64,000 bases of DNA from Minisyncoccota bacterium (lineage in GTDB: Bacteria > Patescibacteriota > Minisyncoccia > Phycocordibacterales > JBAYLF01), in NCBI GenBank assembly GCA_041664205.1, contig JBAYLF010000001.1, positions 3,380-67,379 on the forward strand, written 5' to 3'. The position numbers and the translations under genes were made by a program. A model generated the notes under the pieces. The model saw nothing but the letters and a program-made list of their open reading frames with translations, searched no databases and had not been told where the DNA came from. Positions 30,116-39,290 of this stretch are shown piece after piece; position 1 is the first letter of the stretch, and every line of letters begins with the position of its first letter.

Positions 30116-30565
30116 ATGTCGAAATCATTAATTACAAACAAAAAGGCGCATTTAAATTATGAGTTTTTAGAGAAGTTCAATGCAGGGATTGAGCTTTTTG
30201 GATTTGAAGTAAAGGCTTTGCGTGAAAACCAAGGCTCGCTTGAAGGAGCACATGTAGTAATACGAAACAATGAAGCATATCTAGTGAACACCCATATTCC
30301 ACCATATCAACCAGCAAATACTCCAAAAGAATACGATCCGTATCGAACCCGCCGATTGCTTCTTACAAAAAAAGAGATCCGCCATCTTTCAGGAGTTGAA
30401 AAACAGCAGAGGTTGACAATAGTGCCAATTTCAATGTATAATGATGGCAATAAGATCAAGGTTGAAATTGCGATAGTCCGCGGAAAGAAAAAATTCGACA
30501 AAAGAGAAGACATCAAAAAAAGAGAGACTGACAGAGATATAAGAAGATCGTTGAAAAGAGAATAA
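30116..30565 (+). CDS. smpB: SsrA-binding protein SmpB. ATG at 30116; the ORF-track start at 30080 is a TTG extension
   Basis: KKAHLNYEFLEKFNAGIELFGFEVKALR matches the SmpB N-terminus; basic C-terminal tail. Confidence 0.85.
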   Translation: MSKSLITNKKAHLNYEFLEKFNAGIELFGFEVKALRENQGSLEGAHVVIRNNEAYLVNTHIPPYQPANTPKEYDPYRTRRLLLTKKEIRHLSGVEKQQRLTIVPISMYNDGNKIKVEIAIVRGKKKFDKREDIKKRETDRDIRRSLKRE

Positions 30566-30617
30566 AAGTTTTTTGGAGGTTCCTCATTTCAAGTTTTGAC
30601 GTATCAAAATTTACAAT

Positions 30618-31004
30618 GGGGATGATCGGTATAGACATATGAATTCCTTTAAAAAGTGCGAAGTAGAGTTTGAGTAACTCTATAAACTGCTCAACCAATT
30701 AAGTGCAAACAACTTAGTTGCGAAAGTCTCACCTTATTTTAAGGCTGCAGACTTTCAATTCGCTTTCGCTTAAATTTAAGCCAAAACGACATCGAATCAA
30801 TCAACGTCCGATAGGTTGAACTCGGTGTAATATTTTCGGGCTAGAATAAGCAAGGTCTCGGTGCTTGTTCGAAATTAAGAGAATTGACCAATAAGAATTT
30901 TGTTTATTTCTTATCTTATTAGTTGAAAACTTTGAAATAAACTACGCTTTGTAGACTCATTTTAAAGACTCATTTGCACGCGAGTTCGATTCTCGCCATC
31001 TCCA
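30618..31004 (+). ncRNA. ssrA: tmRNA (ssrA), about 387 nt. Predicted tag reading frame GCA AAC AAC ... GCT TTC GCT TAA encodes ANNLVAKVSPYFKAADFQFAFA
   Basis: 5' GGGGAUG pairs with 3' CAUCUCC (+A discriminator). T-arm GCGAG-UUCGAUU-CUCGC precedes the acceptor 3' strand. Tag frame ends in a hydrophobic AFA-stop. Immediately downstream of smpB. Confidence 0.65.
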
Positions 31005-31145
31005 CTCGATTCGCTTCTCGAAGACTTGAAGCTCACTCGTGGTAAACCACAAAACAAAAACTGCTCATCATGCAGTTTTTTGTTGTAGCGAATTGAGTGC
31101 CCTGAGTGACGAGTTTTCGAGGAATCGAAGGGCTGATATAATAAC

Positions 31146-31415
31146 GTGATGTATTTTGTATATATGATAAAGAATGAGTCTGGTGATCTTTATATTGGTA
31201 TTACTGAAAATTTAAATAATAGGCTTAACTATCATAATTCCAACAAAGGAGCCGAATTCACAAAAAGAAAAAGTAAATTTAAAATTGTTTTTTCTGAACA
31301 ATATGAGACTTTAACTCAAGCAAGAAAAAGAGAGATCCAACTCAAAAAATGGAGTAGAATTAAAAAAGAATTTTTAATTGAAAAATTCTCTAAAGGATTA
31401 GTTACTAAAATATAA
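31146..31415 (+). CDS. Small GIY-YIG nuclease-domain protein (YhbQ/UPF0213-like)
   Basis: FVYMIKNESGDLYIGITENLNNRLNYHN .. ARKREIQLKKWSRIKK. Confidence 0.7.
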   Translation: MMYFVYMIKNESGDLYIGITENLNNRLNYHNSNKGAEFTKRKSKFKIVFSEQYETLTQARKREIQLKKWSRIKKEFLIEKFSKGLVTKI

Positions 31416-31608
31416 TATTTAATAACTTGTGACCGATTTCCTCTCGCCATCTCCACATATATAAAAATCGGCTCATAAAGTGAGCTGATTTTTTATAATG
31501 TTTGCATTTTTTTAAATATGTGCTACAATTTTAAATTGAAGAATAGTTCTTTCAAATCTAAGTTGACTCTGAAAAACAAGAAACAAAAATTAAAAAAGGA
31601 GAAGCATT

Positions 31609-32037
31609 GTGTCAAAACATATAATAATTACTAACGAATTCCCCATTCAACCTTCTGATATTGATGTTGGTATTGGTAAAAAATACAAACATCTTTTTGG
31701 TGCCTTCGACAATTCAGAAACTGAGGTCTCGGCCAACTACGTGGTCAGGCTCTGTCAGAAAAAAGGTGGATGGCTTCCATTCACATTAGAAGAGATTGAA
31801 GAATTTTACCGAGAACTCGGACATCGTGACGGTTTTCGATTCAATCGTCTAATCGAACCAGGACAAAAAGTTCTGAATGCAGCTGCAGTTTTTGGAGGAG
31901 CAACTCCACAAACTAAACCTGTCGGAGGAGGATGGATTGTTTTAGGTGATGATAAAAAGTATTATATTACTGACGATTTCGTTACGCGATGCTTTCAATC
32001 ATCTCCGACACATTCGGTGAAAAAACAGACTTCGTAA
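31609..32037 (+). CDS. Hypothetical protein (GTG start with AAGGAG RBS)
   Basis: ORF, promoter-like TTGCAT..TACAAT upstream, terminator at 32055-32095. Confidence 0.3.
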   Translation: MSKHIIITNEFPIQPSDIDVGIGKKYKHLFGAFDNSETEVSANYVVRLCQKKGGWLPFTLEEIEEFYRELGHRDGFRFNRLIEPGQKVLNAAAVFGGATPQTKPVGGGWIVLGDDKKYYITDDFVTRCFQSSPTHSVKKQTS

Positions 32038-32182
32038 AAAATCTAAACGGTCAAACCCCTCTCTCGCATATTGCGTGAAGAGGGGTTATTTTATACAAAA
32101 ACTACGCCACAAATTACAAAAAATAGAACTTTGACAGTAAAATTTAAAAAAACTAAAATTACCGTAGAACATTCTATGAAAA

Positions 32183-32809
32183 ATGAATACTTTAATTCGA
32201 TTTTTATTATTCTTTTTAATTATTTTTCCAGACCTCGCATTGTCTAAAACTCATCATTCAAAAACTCACTATTCGGAACCTCAAAAAAAATCTGAGCAAA
32301 TTATAAAAAACAATGATGAATATACTTACGGCAGAGCAACGAATTTTGGATTTGAAGATCCTAAAGATCTGGGAATAGGATCTTTTGTCTTCAATCGAGA
32401 ATTTTCTCCATATAAAGGAGTTAATACAAACAAGTCTGATATAAAAGGAGTTGCGCTTCCACAAATAGTTATTGAAAAAAAACTAGGAATCCCTCATCTT
32501 ACCGAAAACCAAATGGCAGCAGATAGAGAGAAAACTTGGAAGATATGGGAAACTGGACGTATGGCAGGAGTTGAAGTTATTCATATACCTACTGGAAAGA
32601 AATTGGTAGTTCCTATCGTTGATTTTGGTCCTGGATTTATTCCTCAAAAATTAGGTGTAGTAATCGATCTCGCTGAAGGAACAAAGCGTGATTTTGGATT
32701 CACTCAAAGATTTATGAATGAATCAGGATTTAAATATCGCATAATACCAAACTATTTTTTAGAAAAAAAAGACCAACAAGAAAATACCGAAAACCAAGAA
32801 ACTAAATAA
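32183..32809 (+). CDS. Secreted RlpA-like double-psi beta-barrel protein (putative lytic transglycosylase-like)
   Basis: Signal peptide; VVPIVDFGPG..VVIDLAEGTKRDFGF resembles the RlpA/DPBB core. Confidence 0.4.
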   Translation: MNTLIRFLLFFLIIFPDLALSKTHHSKTHYSEPQKKSEQIIKNNDEYTYGRATNFGFEDPKDLGIGSFVFNREFSPYKGVNTNKSDIKGVALPQIVIEKKLGIPHLTENQMAADREKTWKIWETGRMAGVEVIHIPTGKKLVVPIVDFGPGFIPQKLGVVIDLAEGTKRDFGFTQRFMNESGFKYRIIPNYFLEKKDQQENTENQETK

Positions 32810-32850
32810 AATACCACAACACTAAAATGTTTGTGGTATTTTTGTTTTAA

Positions 32851-33126
32851 CTAGTGAAATAATTCATCCTTCATATAAGGTTCGCAAAGTTTCATTATTT
32901 TTTCGAAATGCTTTTTAAGATCAATAAGTTTCATTGCGCCTTTTTTTAAAAGTTCAGACAACTGTACTCTTCCCCTTTTCAAATCACCTTCTGATTGTCT
33001 TTCAATTTCTCTTTCTAAATGCCCGAAAAATTCAGCCACTTTATCATAGCGCATTCTTCCAACTTTCTGAGCCAACTCTTCTAGAGTCCCATCAAAACCT
33101 TCTACTTTTATAGGATGCTTTTTCAT
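32851..33126 (-). CDS. Hypothetical small protein
   Basis: ORF only. Confidence 0.25.
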   Translation of the reverse strand: MKKHPIKVEGFDGTLEELAQKVGRMRYDKVAEFFGHLEREIERQSEGDLKRGRVQLSELLKKGAMKLIDLKKHFEKIMKLCEPYMKDELFH

Positions 33127-33143
33127 TCTGATATAGATTAATT

Positions 33144-34214
33144 TTATAAATATTTCTTAATCATTTTCAGATGTTCCTTATAAGTAACTGAGCAGTGTAT
33201 TTTTCTTTTTTTATCGTGTATGTAAAAAATACATTGGGTACTTTTTGGATTAAGAGCCGCATCAATAGCAGCAACACCAGGATTGGAAATTGGAGTAGGA
33301 GGCAAACCTTTATATTTATAAGTGTTATAAGGCGAATCGATTTCCTTATCTTTTGGATCAACTTTTGGCCACCAATTTTGTTCGTTACCTTTTATATATT
33401 GAAGAGTTGCGTCTATATCCAAGGTCATTCCATTAAAAATCCTGTTCCAAATAATACCTGATATCAAACGCATATCGTCCTTACCTGCAGCTTCACGTTG
33501 AATCAGTGACGCCACAATAAGTGCAGTATCCATGTTTATAATTTTATTTTTTGCAGTATCTTCAAATTTTTCAGAAACTTGTTTTTTAAATTTATCTGCC
33601 ATTCTATCCGCAACATGATCTGGAGTCTGATTTACAGAAACCAAATAATTTTCTGGGAAATAATATCCTTCCAAACTATCACCATTAGCCTCAAGTTTTA
33701 TAAAATCATCTTTTTGAGTATCATTCCAAGCAAGTGCTTTTCCAAAAATATCCGCGACTTGCTCCTTGCGTAATCCTTCTGGAATCTTTACCCATCTCAT
33801 GTATGGATTTGCTAGTGCTTGGAGAACTTCCCAATCATTCATATTCTCAGAAAGTTTATAAGCCCCGCTTTGAATCTTACCTTCCAAACTTCGCACAAAA
33901 AGAGCAATGCGAAAAATTAATGGATGTTTTATATAACCTTCAGCTTCAAGCTGGTCAGCAATCTGAGAAGGAGTAGCATCAACGGAAGTTGCAACATCTA
34001 GAGTAGAAACAACATAACTTTTTGGGAGTGTTTTGTAATATATAAAAATTGCAGAAACTACAATTACAGTAAAAATTGAAACTATAGAAACAGTTCTAAA
34101 AAAATGATTGGCAACACGATGAACGCGCAGTTTGTTTTTATTTTTTCTTGAGGTATTTTTTATAAGTTCTTTTTTCCCTTTCATTAAATTCATTGTAAAC
34201 CTTTGTATATACAA
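33144..34214 (-). CDS. mltG: Endolytic murein transglycosylase MltG (YceG family)
   Basis: N-terminal TM; catalytic-region signature IVASLIQREAA ... GIIWNRI..GMTLDIDATLQY. Confidence 0.7.
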   Translation of the reverse strand: MYIQRFTMNLMKGKKELIKNTSRKNKNKLRVHRVANHFFRTVSIVSIFTVIVVSAIFIYYKTLPKSYVVSTLDVATSVDATPSQIADQLEAEGYIKHPLIFRIALFVRSLEGKIQSGAYKLSENMNDWEVLQALANPYMRWVKIPEGLRKEQVADIFGKALAWNDTQKDDFIKLEANGDSLEGYYFPENYLVSVNQTPDHVADRMADKFKKQVSEKFEDTAKNKIINMDTALIVASLIQREAAGKDDMRLISGIIWNRIFNGMTLDIDATLQYIKGNEQNWWPKVDPKDKEIDSPYNTYKYKGLPPTPISNPGVAAIDAALNPKSTQCIFYIHDKKRKIHCSVTYKEHLKMIKKYL

Positions 34215-34344
34215 CAGTCTATAAGAATTTATAAGTATAAAGTGGATAACTATTTATTAAAAAAATCTTACAATATGTTTGTAAGATTTAAATTAAAAAG
34301 GGCTCGGAAGAATTAAACTTCCGAGCCCTGCATCTTATCGCCGA

Positions 34345-35424
34345 TTACCGGTGATTTTTTGAACCGTGACCTTTGGTGTGGCCACTTGGACGAAATTCAT
34401 CGCCTTCGCGAGAATCTCCTCTGCCGTGAGCTCCCGGAACCCCATGCCAATGCTGTGGCTTAGAGTAACCCCTACCACCACTTTCGAATCCGAGCTTCCC
34501 TACCAAACTTTTAGCACTGGTAAGTTTAGAAATCTCGAATTCTACCTGTTCATGAGGCATCAGGTATAGACGAACTCCTTCTTTATCGGCCGCTTCGCGA
34601 GCGATATCTTCACATTCACCAATATGAATGGCGAATTTGTCACACTCGGCCTTGTTAATGCCCCAACGCCCATTACGTTTGGGTTGGCCTTGCAACGGAC
34701 CAGTTTCAAACAAAACGGGTTTTCCATCCCTGAGTCGTATCACAGATTGCGGTTGGAATTTCTTTCCACAAACTGCACATTCCGTTTCGGGACCGTCGTC
34801 TTGAATATCGAGCTCAGCTTTACGCAGGTCCTTTTTCTCTTGTTGGAGCTTAAAGAACAACGTCCTGGTTTGCTCATAATTGAGCTGCTCGCCTTGAGCA
34901 ACTGCAGCATTCACGAATGCGTCCCGTTCCTGACGGAAGAAAAAGCTTTTGCAGAAATTACTGTAGGCAGTAATCGTCACAGGACGTTCCTCCAACGAAG
35001 AGCCTAATTTCTCAAGTCCTTCTTTTGTCAGAGGTTTGTCAGGATCGACAACCTGCCCTGTCCCAACCGCAAGGTCGGCAGGAATTCCTTCAACCGCTTT
35101 TTTCGCTTCCTCGAAATCCAACTGACCACCTTTTTTAAGGGCGGCTTTCACCAAAGCATCGAAATGCTTCGGAGTTGTCAGACCTGCAGACTTCAGAGTC
35201 TTGAAGACATCCGAACATACAGGACGAATGCGAAGCGCAATATTAAGCGCTTCTTCGTAGTTAAGGGGCCTGCCTAGCTCCCTTGCTTCCCTTATCCACG
35301 CTGAGTGAATTGCGGGGTCTACATACAAGATGTTCTTGATTCTGGCGTATGCCTCATCAAGCACAGGACCTGTTTGCATCGCTTGTTCCGTTTTCGGCGT
35401 TTGTTTTTTCTCTTTTTTAGCCAT
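34345..35424 (-). CDS. Hypothetical protein of foreign composition (about 48% GC against about 33% flanks). Putative CxxC...C...C zinc ribbon and a Gly/Arg/His-rich C-terminal tail
   Basis: Compositional shift begins and ends at the ORF boundaries; host-like AT-rich promoter and an 11-bp-stem terminator (gggctcggaag/cttccgagccc). Confidence 0.4.
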   Translation of the reverse strand: MAKKEKKQTPKTEQAMQTGPVLDEAYARIKNILYVDPAIHSAWIREARELGRPLNYEEALNIALRIRPVCSDVFKTLKSAGLTTPKHFDALVKAALKKGGQLDFEEAKKAVEGIPADLAVGTGQVVDPDKPLTKEGLEKLGSSLEERPVTITAYSNFCKSFFFRQERDAFVNAAVAQGEQLNYEQTRTLFFKLQQEKKDLRKAELDIQDDGPETECAVCGKKFQPQSVIRLRDGKPVLFETGPLQGQPKRNGRWGINKAECDKFAIHIGECEDIAREAADKEGVRLYLMPHEQVEFEISKLTSAKSLVGKLGFESGGRGYSKPQHWHGVPGAHGRGDSREGDEFRPSGHTKGHGSKNHR

Positions 35425-35678
35425 AAAATAGGCCTTTCTTTTTTCAGTGTTCTACGTTTTGAAACTCAATGGCAAACATTGCCATACATATAAGTCATAT
35501 TAGAGCTTAAGCTCTTCAGAAAGTTTCACTGACAAAACTATATCAAATATAGGCAATTTGTCAAGAAGAAATACTTCTACCTAAAATACTAAAAACTTTA
35601 AAATAAAAGGCTAAAAACGTTTGCAAACACACAACAAAAATGGTAAATTAATTGCATTATTAAGATCATTTTTATAGA

Positions 35679-36191
35679 TTGTATAAAAACCAGACAAGAA
35701 TAAATCAACAAATTAGAGCCTCAGAAGTAAGAGTCATCGGCGCAGAAGGAGAAAATTTAGGACTACTCTCACTTAACGAAGCTTTAAAAAAAGCCCAAGA
35801 AGTCGGGCTTGATCTTATCGAAATTTCACCCGATGCCAGACCACCCGTTGCAAAAATAATGGATTATGGTAAATTTCAATACGAACAAGCTAAAAAGCAA
35901 AAGCAAGCAAAATCTAAGGCTCACGTTGTAGAAACAAAGTCTATACAGGTTAAACCTGGCACTAGCGAGCACGATCTTGAACTTAAGGCTAAACAAGCTT
36001 CTGACTGGCTAAAAGAAGGAAACCGTGTTACCATAAACCTCTTCCTAGCAGGAAGATCGAAATATATGGATATAAGGTTTTTAACGGAACGACTTGAAAG
36101 AATCTTAAAACTTGTAAGCGTTGAACATAAAATAGCTCAACCGCCACAAAAAAGCCCTAAAGGGATGTCCGTAGTAATCGAGAAAAAATAA
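35679..36191 (+). CDS. infC: Translation initiation factor IF-3. True start may be a non-ATG codon slightly downstream
   Basis: RINQQIRASEVRVIGAEGENLGLLSLNEALKKAQEVGLDLIEISPDARPPVAKIMDYGKF. Confidence 0.85.
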   Translation: MYKNQTRINQQIRASEVRVIGAEGENLGLLSLNEALKKAQEVGLDLIEISPDARPPVAKIMDYGKFQYEQAKKQKQAKSKAHVVETKSIQVKPGTSEHDLELKAKQASDWLKEGNRVTINLFLAGRSKYMDIRFLTERLERILKLVSVEHKIAQPPQKSPKGMSVVIEKK

Positions 36192-36199
36192 TTAAAGTT

Positions 36200-36382
36200 A
36201 TGAAAACCAATAAGACATACGCAAAAAGATTAAGAGTCACTAAGAATGGCAAAGTTTTGGGTAGAAAACCAGGACATAACCATTTCAATGCAAAAGAATC
36301 TAGAAATAAACAATTGAGCAAAAACCGAACAATGAATTTTGCAATGAATAATAAAGCAAAAAGCAGATTTTTAGGAATATAA
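36200..36382 (+). CDS. rpmI: 50S ribosomal protein L35
   Basis: Small basic protein in infC-rpmI-rplT order. Confidence 0.75.
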   Translation: MKTNKTYAKRLRVTKNGKVLGRKPGHNHFNAKESRNKQLSKNRTMNFAMNNKAKSRFLGI

Positions 36383-36394
36383 GATTTAAATAAT

Positions 36395-36742
36395 ATGACA
36401 AGAGTAAAAAAAGGAGTAAATGCATTAAAAACAAGAAGAAATGTCCTCAAACAAGTAAAAGGATATCGTTTTGGACGTTCAACAAAAGAAAAGCAAGCAT
36501 ACGAAGCAATCGTTCACGCTGGTAAATATGCATTTGCACACAGAAAAGATAAAAAGGGAGACTTTAGAAATATGTGGAATGTTCAAATAAGTGCAGGACT
36601 CAAAGACCTAAATTTATCATACAGCAAATTTATCGGGTTACTAAAAAAGCAAAAAGTTGATCTCAATAGAAAAATCCTCGCCGACTTTGCAAACAATAAT
36701 CCAGAAATTTTCAAAAACGTAGTCGCTCAAGTTTCTAAATAA
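36395..36742 (+). CDS. rplT: 50S ribosomal protein L20
   Basis: MTRVKKGVNALKTRRNVLKQVKGYRFGRS .. SYSKFIGLLKKQKVDLNRKILADFA. Confidence 0.9.
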   Translation: MTRVKKGVNALKTRRNVLKQVKGYRFGRSTKEKQAYEAIVHAGKYAFAHRKDKKGDFRNMWNVQISAGLKDLNLSYSKFIGLLKKQKVDLNRKILADFANNNPEIFKNVVAQVSK

Positions 36743-36755
36743 AAAATACAAAATA

Positions 36756-36784
36756 AAAACCGCTCACTAGAGCGGTTTTTATTT
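36756..36784 (+). terminator. Intrinsic terminator after rplT (ccgctc-acta-gagcgg + T-run)
   Basis: Read directly. Confidence 0.7.
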
Positions 36785-36792
36785 TATATTTT

Positions 36793-37446
36793 TTAAAGTA
36801 TTTTCTTCGCTGCCAAAAATGGATCCATGCCAGGATTCGGATATGATCTTTTATCTATCAATTTATATTTTTCAACCATCTCTATAACTCTTTTTACTAA
36901 ACGTTTTGGATCGTTATCAAAAATAATTTTATCATTTGTTCTAAAACTATTATCAAGAATATTTTTTATAACTTCATCTGTTGACCAACTTCCCTCAAGA
37001 ATACCGATCGGTTTATAATCTTCATACGCTATTGTAAATTCATTGATAGTTCCAATGCGTCCACCTCCTATAATAACAGCATCGGAAGAACGCGTGAGTA
37101 AAAGATTTCTTCCAGAATAACCGAAACCTGTATAAATTATAAAATCAAGATAATCTAAAGGAAGTTTGTAAACATTAACATGTTCAGCCTCTGTTGACGC
37201 GGGAGAAAGTCCAACAGAAATTCCTCCGACTTCTTTAGCTCCGATTGCCGCCCACAAAGGAAATCCTGTGGTTGCACCTGTTACTAAAACAGCTTTATTT
37301 AAAGCAATCTCTTTTCCGAGTTCCTTCGCTTTATCATATGCATCCTGCTTGAAATGACTAAGGTCAGCTGTGCCTGAGATACAAATTTTTACTTTTAAAT
37401 GATTATGTTTATCTTTATTATCTTGCATAATAAAATTATACCACAA
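36793..37446 (-). CDS. LOG/TIGR00725-type Rossmann-fold protein (SLOG family)
   Basis: VTGATTGFPLWAAIGA and IIGGGRIGTINEF resemble the GGGxGxM / PGGxGTxEE motifs. Confidence 0.5.
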   Translation of the reverse strand: MWYNFIMQDNKDKHNHLKVKICISGTADLSHFKQDAYDKAKELGKEIALNKAVLVTGATTGFPLWAAIGAKEVGGISVGLSPASTEAEHVNVYKLPLDYLDFIIYTGFGYSGRNLLLTRSSDAVIIGGGRIGTINEFTIAYEDYKPIGILEGSWSTDEVIKNILDNSFRTNDKIIFDNDPKRLVKRVIEMVEKYKLIDKRSYPNPGMDPFLAAKKIL

Positions 37447-37492
37447 GAACTTAAAGGTTGTGCAAATATGAAGTGCTCAAAAATAAACTAGA

Positions 37493-38872
37493 CTAGATAT
37501 CTAATATGACACTCTCGCCTTCTTTAGGCATCACCGCATCAACCCCAAGATAATCTCGTAAACGTTGCACCAAATACATAGATGATTTTGGTTCACCCAT
37601 AACCACAAAAACTTTTTTAATTGTATCGACAGTATTTTCTACAAACTTAAAAAGTCCTGTAAAATCCTTGTGACATGAATAGCCACTAATTTTTTCTATG
37701 TGAGCTTGAACTTCAAAATCCTTACCAGCAATTCTAACTTTTTTTGCACCCTCTTCGATCTGACGGCCTAAACTACCAACTGACTGATAACCTACAAAAA
37801 GAATTGTGCTATTAGGATCACTGAGATAATTCATTTCATGATGGATAATTCTACCACCCGAAGACATTCCTGAACCAGCAATAATAATTTTTGGATTAGG
37901 CACATTTTTTATAGCTTTTGAATCATCGGCACCTGAAGTAAAGTAAAGGCCTGGGAAAGCAAATATATTATCTCCGGAAGCTATTTCTTTTTGAGTTTGT
38001 TCGTTAAAGTCTTGAATTCTTTTTTTGTAAATTTCCGTAATTTTCATTGCAAGAGGTGAATCTATAAAAACAGGTATACGAGGTATGCGCGCCTGCTCAA
38101 CAAGATTATTTATTTCATAAATAATAACTTGGGTTTTTTCAAGAGAAAATGCTGGAATAAGAAGTGCGCCTCCGCGTTTTGCTGCATCTTCAATCACATC
38201 TTCGAGTCTTTCTTTTCTTTCATTAATAGCTTCGTGATTCCTATCACCATAAACACTTTCCATTATTAAATAATCAGCATCATAAATATCTTCAGTATCT
38301 TTAAGTAGTGGCGATGGAGAATTTCCAAGATCTCCTGTAAATACAATTTTTTTACCATTAAAATGCAATTCTATTATAGACGAACCTAAAACGTGTCCTG
38401 AATCTTTCAGAAAAACTTTAAAATCCCCTCCTATATCCATTTCTGTATGATAAGGAATTGTTTCCCAAATTTCAAAAGACTTTTCTACATCCTGTTTTGA
38501 ATACAAAGGTTCTGTATTATCTAATTCAGCTTCCGAACTTAGAAGCTTCAAACTATCAAGAAGCATGGGTTCTGAAATTTCTTTTGTTTCTGGAGTAGAA
38601 TATATAACTCCTTTAAATCCATCTTTAACAAGTTTTGGAATTCTTCCAATATGATCTATATGCGAGTGAGTTATAAGTAAAACATTTACGGTTGATGGAT
38701 CATACAGAAATGGGCTTTTGTTTTCTTCGGAACAAAATTTGTTTCCCTGAATCATACCGCAATCAACAAGAATTTTAAAATTTTCGTATTCTACTAGAAA
38801 GTTTGATCCAGTAACCATTCCTGTTCCACCGCAGAATGTTAATTTAATTTTTTTTGGTTCTTGTGAAGTCAT
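37493..38872 (-). CDS. MBL-fold beta-CASP ribonuclease (RNase J / CPSF-like)
   Basis: ITHSHIDHIG metallo-beta-lactamase motif plus beta-CASP region. Confidence 0.6.
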   Translation of the reverse strand: MTSQEPKKIKLTFCGGTGMVTGSNFLVEYENFKILVDCGMIQGNKFCSEENKSPFLYDPSTVNVLLITHSHIDHIGRIPKLVKDGFKGVIYSTPETKEISEPMLLDSLKLLSSEAELDNTEPLYSKQDVEKSFEIWETIPYHTEMDIGGDFKVFLKDSGHVLGSSIIELHFNGKKIVFTGDLGNSPSPLLKDTEDIYDADYLIMESVYGDRNHEAINERKERLEDVIEDAAKRGGALLIPAFSLEKTQVIIYEINNLVEQARIPRIPVFIDSPLAMKITEIYKKRIQDFNEQTQKEIASGDNIFAFPGLYFTSGADDSKAIKNVPNPKIIIAGSGMSSGGRIIHHEMNYLSDPNSTILFVGYQSVGSLGRQIEEGAKKVRIAGKDFEVQAHIEKISGYSCHKDFTGLFKFVENTVDTIKKVFVVMGEPKSSMYLVQRLRDYLGVDAVMPKEGESVILDI

Positions 38873-38997
38873 CTTAATATTTTTTTATTAGAAATGGTAT
38901 TAATACTATTATAACTCATAAATAATAAACATAAAAAATTATACCATAATAATACCTGTTACAATTAATCTATCGACGTAAGTTATAAATTAAAATT

Positions 38998-39200
38998 AAA
39001 AAAACCGCCATAATTGCGGTTTCTTTAAAGGGCTATTTAAAAAGATATAAACCTAGATTTCAAACTAGGTGGGTGCCCGCAGAAGAAAACCAAAGTTCTC
39101 TCCGATATCTTCAGATCTGCCCGAAGGTAGATCTTAGATTACATGCGTATAAGGCGTCCCTTAACTTTCAAAATACGCTAGTTTATATCCTAAATAACCC
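38998..39200 (-). ncRNA. Candidate structured small RNA (about 200 nt), family unassigned (6S-like rod is one possibility)
   Basis: Local GC rise in an ORF-free 420-bp gap; minus-strand -10 TATAAT at 39208-39213; ends complementary (gggttatttaggatataaac / gtttatatcttt..aaatagccc); internal CC-UUCG-GG tetraloop hairpin; strong terminator aaccgcaattatggcggtt + T-run. Confidence 0.3.
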
Positions 39201-39290
39201 TAAGAGTATTATACTACTTTAAAAAAGTGTCCAATATTGACACTAAAGATTATTAATAACCTACTTACTAATTTTAATTTTTTACAAAAA

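Noticed and set aside
31005-31456. GIY-YIG gene as the homing endonuclease of a group I intron splitting ssrA
   Set aside because: The upstream ssrA copy is already complete (acceptor 3' strand and discriminator present). The downstream copy is an identical direct repeat rather than a complementary guide sequence, and no P1-P9 intron core is recognisable.
34345-35424. GC-rich ORF as contamination or assembly chimera
   Set aside because: The compositional shift coincides exactly with the start and stop codons, and both flanks (terminator hairpin, AT-rich promoter) are continuous host-like sequence. A chimeric join would not respect ORF boundaries. It still needs read-level confirmation.
38873-39290. 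RNase P RNA or SRP (4.5S) RNA in the ORF-free gap
   Set aside because: Neither the RNase P P4 motif (GGAAAGUCCGG...) nor the SRP domain IV motif (GGAAGGAAGCAGCC with GNRA loop) is present on either strand, and the region is too short for RNase P. It is kept only as an unassigned candidate sRNA.
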